Shown here piece by piece: positions 43,414-48,147 of a stretch of DNA of 48,147 nt; position 1 is the first letter of the stretch; each line of letters starts with the position of its first letter. The notes beneath the pieces are model-generated. The model made no database searches, was not told the DNA's origin, and saw only the letters and a list, made by a program, of their open reading frames with translations. The position numbers and the translations under genes were made by a program. The stretch lies in the sequence record PV636260.1; one strand, 5' to 3'. Origin of the DNA: a phage.

Positions 43414-45422
43414 TCCGGGATATCCTCCATACCGAAGTCTTTGCGTGAGATAATATCTTCTTTCTTCTGGTTGCGACGATGAGTTACGCGTACCGGGTGA
43501 GCGATATGATGTGCGTACTGCACGATCTTGATGGCGTTCTTCATTCCGATAAAGTAGCGACGCATTTTAGGATCTGACACATGAGGAAGTACACCTTTAG
43601 TTTTCCATAGCGTACCGCAAATCTTAGAGTCAGACTCGGGGAAGAATTTTTCATACGCCTTGAACTCATCACCATCGTCGTTAATCAGCATGTATTTGTA
43701 TATTATGCCTTTCTGGTTTTTGGTTAGCGTAACTTCAAAATTCTTTACCTCGTACCAGTCATTCTTAGTGTACGCCTTACCGGACAACTTCAGGTTCGGA
43801 TCGACAAGTGAGACATCACAACAACGACAGACTCGGGCCACAACGTCATTCTCTGCACCGCATCCTTTAACAAGGATTTTTCCGGTGCGCTCGTCAACCT
43901 GGTCCTCACAAATCTGAGAAGTCCAGAAATGATCGCAACGTTCACCATCAATGACATTAACGCATCGTCGAGCATAGAAGCTATTTACGCAACCGCATTT
44001 CGGACATTTTTTCGGATCTTTGCCATTTTCAAAACGCTTTTGGAATTGCGCCTGCTCAAGTATAGGATCGAAATAAAGCTGCCCCAACTCATCCATCGTG
44101 CCTGCGAAATCCCATACAAGATGATCTTGCTTAACCATTCCTTCAGCAACCTGCCAGGATTTAAGAAGTCGCATACCCCTACCCAAAAGCTGAATCAGCA
44201 AGGTAAGAGATCCTATCTTGCGAAGTATTACACTAAAATCCCAATTTGGAACGTTAACGCCAGTAGTTAGCGCCATGACTTGAAAGGTGTATTTAATTTT
44301 CCCGGCCCTCACATCATCAAGAATCTTCTTGCGCGTTTTAGTGTCTGTGTCGCCAGTAATAATTGCATATGTGCTTCCTGGTGGTAGTGCCGCCGCCGCC
44401 TCTTTGCAGTGACGCACACCAGCGCATGTAATCAGAACTGCGTTACGCTCTTCAGCCTTTTTGGCAACCATTTGCATGATTCGCTGAGTAAGAGATTTAT
44501 CATGAAGGATCTCATCTTCCATTGCCTTCATATCTTTCTCTGTAAAGTCCTGTACACCATCCTCGCTTGATGCCTTAAATTTATCAAGATCGTAGTGAAC
44601 TCCGTCCGTAGAACCGAATATAGTCGGAACGACTGAGCCAAACTCAATAAGGTAGTTGGTGTCTATATCAGTAACGCGCTCACGCCAGAATCCTAACGCC
44701 TTTGGATTCTCAACAAGAATAGGAACTACGCCCCTAAATTCAGATCCGGTCATACCAAATATTCTAAGGTCGTGACCGTGAACCTGTTTACAGCGTCGCA
44801 TCATTTCCATGATTACGATCGTGTACTGACTGCGCTTAGTTCCAAGAAGAGGCTTTCCATCATTACCAATCAGAGGAGTATCACCGTCCATGATAATTTT
44901 CCCTTTCTCTCCCCGCATCTGTTCCATCGTTTCCTTGCCTTCGATAGCTTGCGCAAGGTCTTCCCAATCCACCTGGTGACATTCATCGATCCCGATTACG
45001 TGAGGGACAAAATCAGATAACTCATTATTTAGACCATTTGCAACAGTTCCCTCAGATCCAACCACGATAGGGAAGTAGCAAGACTTGATTCCAAGTGACG
45101 CTGAGAATATAGAGTTAGTCACCCCGAAATTGTCGATCTCTTCACTATCCTGATCGACAATCTCACCCTGGCGTGCCAGAACAAGCATTTTCAAGCCCAT
45201 TTTTTGACACTGCTTTGCAACCATAGCAAAAATGATGGTCTTACCCGCAGATACTGACGCTTTAACAAAGAATGGATGCTCGTAATTTGACAGGCGTTTC
45301 GCGATCTCGGCATAAGCAACAACCTGGTACGGATAAGGAACAACCTCACCAACAGTAAATCGCTCCTGAGTTCGCTTTATGTAGTCCTCGCCAAGTAATG
45401 CAATCTGTTTTTTAATGTTCAT
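43410..45422 (-). CDS. SF2 DNA helicase (DEAD/DEAH-like) with C-terminal Cys-rich zinc-binding region
   Basis: Walker A VSAGKT, DEAH-like GIDECHQ, C-terminal CPKCGC...C...C cluster; start ATG 45422 (GTG 45428 possible). Confidence 0.8.
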   Translation of the reverse strand: MNIKKQIALLGEDYIKRTQERFTVGEVVPYPYQVVAYAEIAKRLSNYEHPFFVKASVSAGKTIIFAMVAKQCQKMGLKMLVLARQGEIVDQDSEEIDNFGVTNSIFSASLGIKSCYFPIVVGSEGTVANGLNNELSDFVPHVIGIDECHQVDWEDLAQAIEGKETMEQMRGEKGKIIMDGDTPLIGNDGKPLLGTKRSQYTIVIMEMMRRCKQVHGHDLRIFGMTGSEFRGVVPILVENPKALGFWRERVTDIDTNYLIEFGSVVPTIFGSTDGVHYDLDKFKASSEDGVQDFTEKDMKAMEDEILHDKSLTQRIMQMVAKKAEERNAVLITCAGVRHCKEAAAALPPGSTYAIITGDTDTKTRKKILDDVRAGKIKYTFQVMALTTGVNVPNWDFSVILRKIGSLTLLIQLLGRGMRLLKSWQVAEGMVKQDHLVWDFAGTMDELGQLYFDPILEQAQFQKRFENGKDPKKCPKCGCVNSFYARRCVNVIDGERCDHFWTSQICEDQVDERTGKILVKGCGAENDVVARVCRCCDVSLVDPNLKLSGKAYTKNDWYEVKNFEVTLTKNQKGIIYKYMLINDDGDEFKAYEKFFPESDSKICGTLWKTKGVLPHVSDPKMRRYFIGMKNAIKIVQYAHHIAHPVRVTHRRNQKKEDIISRKDFGMEDIPE

Positions 45423-45441
45423 TGTCACGGCTATTAATCCT

Positions 45442-45470
45442 TTGAATCGTTGTAACGTTTACGCTATAAT
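45442..45470 (+). promoter_or_regulatory. sigma70-type promoter for the HTH regulator gene
   Basis: TTGAAT - 17 bp - TATAAT; flanked by inverted repeat AACGTTTAC / GTAAACGTT. Confidence 0.6.
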
Positions 45471-45488
45471 ACACGGCATAAAGTAAAC

Positions 45489-45510
45489 GTTTTTAGCAAA
45501 AAGTGCTATA
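45489..45510 (-). promoter_or_regulatory. repeated element (ATAGCACTTTTTGCTAAAAAC) upstream of the helicase
   Basis: Its -10-like TATTAT is the complement of the plus-strand TATAAT region. Confidence 0.5.
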
Positions 45511-45521
45511 GGAGAATCAAG

Positions 45522-45974
45522 ATGAGTATTCAACGTATCGCAGAGTCAACTGGTGAAATCGATAAACGTCACATCAATGGTAACAACGGAACACGGCGCG
45601 GTAAAGATAAAAAGCCTCGACAGCGTTGCGGGTTCTATATTCATAAAGAAGAAACACGCGCCGGACTGCGAGCGCGACTTGATGCTCTTATCGAATATTA
45701 CGGCGGCCCTGCGGCCTGCGCAAAGGCTCTAAAAGTTAGCAATCAGACGGTGCAAGGCTGGAAAGATCGAAATATGATTTCATGGCAAGGCGCTGAAGCT
45801 GCGCATCGCGCTTACCGCCGACAGGGGTGCAAAGGATTTCGTGCCGCATGGTTGCGATTCGACCTGAAGTTTGACGGTAACGGCAAGTGCCTTGAGAAGC
45901 GATGCAAGAACAAGAAATTTATGCGCGTCGTGAAGAAGGAAGATATCGGAACTACCAATAGCATTTTTAGTTAA
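45522..45974 (+). CDS. putative DNA-binding regulator (Cro/YdaS-like HTH)
   Basis: RBS AGGAGA; HTH-like AACAKALKVSNQTVQGWKDRNMIS; Cys/His and basic residues. Confidence 0.5.
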   Translation: MSIQRIAESTGEIDKRHINGNNGTRRGKDKKPRQRCGFYIHKEETRAGLRARLDALIEYYGGPAACAKALKVSNQTVQGWKDRNMISWQGAEAAHRAYRRQGCKGFRAAWLRFDLKFDGNGKCLEKRCKNKKFMRVVKKEDIGTTNSIFS

Positions 45975-45977
45975 AAC
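45958..45977 (+). promoter_or_regulatory. variant repeated element (ATAGCATTTTTAGTTAAAAC) overlapping the regulator stop
   Basis: Sequence match. Confidence 0.4.
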
Positions 45978-45982
45978 AAACG

Positions 45983-46019
45983 ACGCGTAGCGGGTTAACA
46001 TCCTTATACGCGTTTTTTA
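45983..46019 (+). terminator. terminator/attenuator-like hairpin upstream of primase
   Basis: ACGCGTA-N17-TACGCGT followed by TTTTTTATTTT. Confidence 0.45.
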
Positions 46020-46035
46020 TTTTGGAGATCTGGAA

Positions 46036-46971
46036 GTGAACGAAGAATTTATGATGTTTCAGAAAGAGGACGTTTTGCCGTACATGAAGGGGTTATGGCG
46101 CGAGGCTTTCCAATCAATCTGCGGATTGCCGAATGATGTTTTTAATAAGAAGCACCAACCTTGCCCCAACTGCGGCGGTAAAGACCGCTTTCGCTGGACC
46201 GATAACTTAAACACTCCTGGCGACGGCGGCGCGATCTGCAACTCATGCGGGAACGACTCCGGGATCGGGTGGCTAATGAAATTAACTGGTATGCCGTACA
46301 GTGAATGTATAAACATCCTGGGGAGATTTCTCGGCAAGGTTCCGCAGGAATACATTGTTAAGGCAAACAAGAAAGCACGCAGGACTCCGGTATCTGGTGT
46401 CAATGTCATGATGGCAGATCATGAAGCGGTGATGAAAGTCATGGAGCGTACAGAGAAGCGCGTAAACACACCTCTAAGCATGTTTGAATCTCTACCTACT
46501 GAATCATTCGACGTTGGCGTAAAACGTCGCGAGGATGGCGGCGAGAGCGTATTTCACACCATACCATGTCAACTTGTACACGAGGACGGTCTTGATGATG
46601 AGTTTTGTAATATTTTGATTATTGATGAGGAGGGTAGGGAGTCATTTTACGCTAAGAAATACACAAGTTGCTCGGTTGCCGTGACTGGTAAAACAGAAAA
46701 AGCGATCTACTTATGCCTTAATTGGATTGATGCTCAGCATATTGCATTTCACACAAAGCAAGAGGTATGGGCCTGCTTCACTCCTGAGAATCTGGAAATG
46801 GTTGCATACAGATATAAAGGGGATCGAGAAGTAAGGGTTGCGTGCGAACCTTCAGACAAGGAGACTTTATACATGGCAGACGACCGACAATTAAAAATAA
46901 TCATCCCAAATCCTGGAGGATACCGCTCAGGAATGCAAGCCAAGTTATTCTCAGCAAGTGACCTACTCTGA
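46036..46971 (+). CDS. DNA primase with N-terminal zinc-binding domain
   Basis: CPNCGG...CNSCGN zinc ribbon; acidic IIDEEG motif; next to the helicase. Confidence 0.7.
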   Translation: MNEEFMMFQKEDVLPYMKGLWREAFQSICGLPNDVFNKKHQPCPNCGGKDRFRWTDNLNTPGDGGAICNSCGNDSGIGWLMKLTGMPYSECINILGRFLGKVPQEYIVKANKKARRTPVSGVNVMMADHEAVMKVMERTEKRVNTPLSMFESLPTESFDVGVKRREDGGESVFHTIPCQLVHEDGLDDEFCNILIIDEEGRESFYAKKYTSCSVAVTGKTEKAIYLCLNWIDAQHIAFHTKQEVWACFTPENLEMVAYRYKGDREVRVACEPSDKETLYMADDRQLKIIIPNPGGYRSGMQAKLFSASDLL

Positions 46972-46993
46972 CCGCCTTCTGGCGGTTTTTTAT
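46971..46993 (+). terminator. intrinsic terminator after primase
   Basis: ACCGCCTTCTGGCGGT + T6. Confidence 0.75.
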
Positions 46994-47010
46994 TGTCCAT
47001 TGCAAGTCGG

Positions 47011-47053
47011 ATAGCACAATGATAAAATCAGCGTTTAGCAATTCGTGCTATTT
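47011..47053. promoter_or_regulatory. head-to-head pair of repeated elements upstream of the tail fiber gene
   Basis: ATAGCACAATGATAAAATC (plus) and the complement of ATAGCACGAATTGCTAAAC; then RBS AAGGAG and ATG 47072. Confidence 0.5.
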
Positions 47054-47071
47054 ACTTAAGGAGTTTATACT

Positions 47072-48147
47072 ATGGCTTTATATAGACGCGGTACAGCATC
47101 AATGGATGCAGATGGAACGGTTCGCGGAACCGACACAAAATGGAAGGATCAGCTTGCTCTGATTCGAGTAGGTGCAACTATCGTATTCCTGGAGCAACCA
47201 ATTAAGCTGGCTGTAATCAGCGATATCGTGAGCGACACTGAGTTAAAGGCTATCTCTACGGATGGTCAGACTGCCGCTGACGGTAAGTATGTGATCCTGC
47301 TTAACGATTCACTGACTGTAAACGGCTTAGCTCAAAACGTTGCTGAAACGCTGCGATACTACCAGAGCAAAGAAACTGAGATTGCTGCGGCTCTTGATAT
47401 CATCAATCAGCTTGATATGGATAAACTTGAGCAAATAGTTACTGAGGTGAATAAGGCGAAATCTGATTCTCAAGCTGCGCAAAATCAGGCTGAATTAGCG
47501 CGTGACGCAGCCAACGCTGCACGAGATGAAACTAACTCAATCAAGAACCAGACTCAACAAATTGTTGACGGTGCTGTAGGTAGTATTAATGCAGCAAAGG
47601 ATCAGGCCATTACTGATATAGGATCTAAGGAATCATCTGTCATCACTCACATTGACACTGAAGAGGCGGCAGCGATTCAGGCCATTAATGACGCGAAAGG
47701 TGATTTATCTGGTTACGTTAATGACGCTCAAACGGCAGCACAAACTGCGACCTCTGCAAAAAATGACGCTCAGGTAGCGCGTGACAATGCGGTAAGCGCA
47801 AAAGATGCGGCGGCGGTAAGTGCTCAGGAAGCGAAAGACGCAGCAAATAGCGTTAATGCTGAAAACCTTTTAACTAAGGACGGTAATTTAGCTGGTCTTG
47901 TGGATAAATTAGAATCATGGAAAAACTTGAGGCCAGACGCCCCATTAGAGTTACTTAAAGATCCTGAAGGCAACATGGACGCAACTACTAAGGGTTGGGT
48001 TGAGAAAGGCCTAAAAGTAAACGACTGGTCTATTTATAAAAATGTAGACTCTGAGCCGCCAAGCGGTTCCGATTCTTCAGGCGGCAGGATTGATTCAAAA
48101 TTCAAGGTTGGTGAAGTTGATAAGTACAGATCCTCTTTCGAATTGCA
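47072..48147 (+). CDS. tail fiber protein, N-terminal part (continues through the terminal duplicate into ..899; about 615 aa in total)
   Basis: RBS AAGGAG; Ala/Gln/Asp-rich coiled-coil shaft; reading frame continuous with the ORF ending at 899. Confidence 0.8.
   Translation, partial: MALYRRGTASMDADGTVRGTDTKWKDQLALIRVGATIVFLEQPIKLAVISDIVSDTELKAISTDGQTAADGKYVILLNDSLTVNGLAQNVAETLRYYQSKETEIAAALDIINQLDMDKLEQIVTEVNKAKSDSQAAQNQAELARDAANAARDETNSIKNQTQQIVDGAVGSINAAKDQAITDIGSKESSVITHIDTEEAAAIQAINDAKGDLSGYVNDAQTAAQTATSAKNDAQVARDNAVSAKDAAAVSAQEAKDAANSVNAENLLTKDGNLAGLVDKLESWKNLRPDAPLELLKDPEGNMDATTKGWVEKGLKVNDWSIYKNVDSEPPSGSDSSGGRIDSKFKVGEVDKYRSSFEL

Noticed and set aside
47011-47053. Reading the two facing element copies upstream of the tail fiber gene as a transposon inverted-repeat pair
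   Set aside because: They are only about 20 bp each, match the genome-wide regulatory element, and flank no transposase
1-48147. Prophage or temperate lifestyle (integrase, CI-like repressor, att sites)
   Set aside because: No integrase-like or repressor-like ORF seen; the Cro/YdaS-like HTH protein stands alone next to replication genes, and the gene set matches virulent T1-type phages
1-48147. tRNA genes or CRISPR arrays
   Set aside because: No T-loop-like GTTCGAATC motifs in cloverleaf context and no regularly spaced direct repeats with unique spacers; the repeats present are irregularly spaced promoter-like elements

Overview
This window is a complete, circularly closed genome of a virulent T1-like siphovirus (Drexlerviridae-type gene order). 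The first 127 bp are identical to the last 127 bp (1-127 = 48021-48147), so the unique length is about 48,020 bp and the tail fiber gene runs across the junction (47072..48147 continuing into ..899). All calls are made by eye from the sequence and the ORF track; no searches were run. Modules in order: SSB-Erf-exonuclease recombination genes (minus); a Cor-like lipoprotein plus putative receptor-binding protein (plus); a lambda-like morphogenesis block on the minus strand (J, I, K, L, M, tape measure, G/GT with a -1 frameshift, major tail, neck proteins, major capsid, two paralogous decoration proteins, scaffold, head morphogenesis, portal, TerL, TerS); a leftward early block of small genes including a nucleotide kinase and HAD phosphatase (25.1-32.4 kb); a rightward block starting with an HNH-AP2 endonuclease (33.2-38.5 kb); a holin/SAR-endolysin/u-spanin lysis cassette; then metallophosphoesterase, Dam methyltransferase, VRR-NUC nuclease, SF2 helicase, an HTH regulator and primase. 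No integrase, repressor, tRNA or CRISPR array was seen. The most distinctive signal is a repeated (about 25 copies) partially palindromic element, ATAGCAC-N4-6-(G/T)(C/T)TAAAAC, usually followed at 18-20 bp by a -10-like hexamer and a GC hairpin, placed immediately after stop codons and upstream of most early-gene starts. I read it as a phage-specific promoter/operator regulon. Also notable: two paralogous AT-rich iteron-bearing intergenic regions, intrinsic terminators directly upstream of many structural genes, and several unlisted small ORFs.
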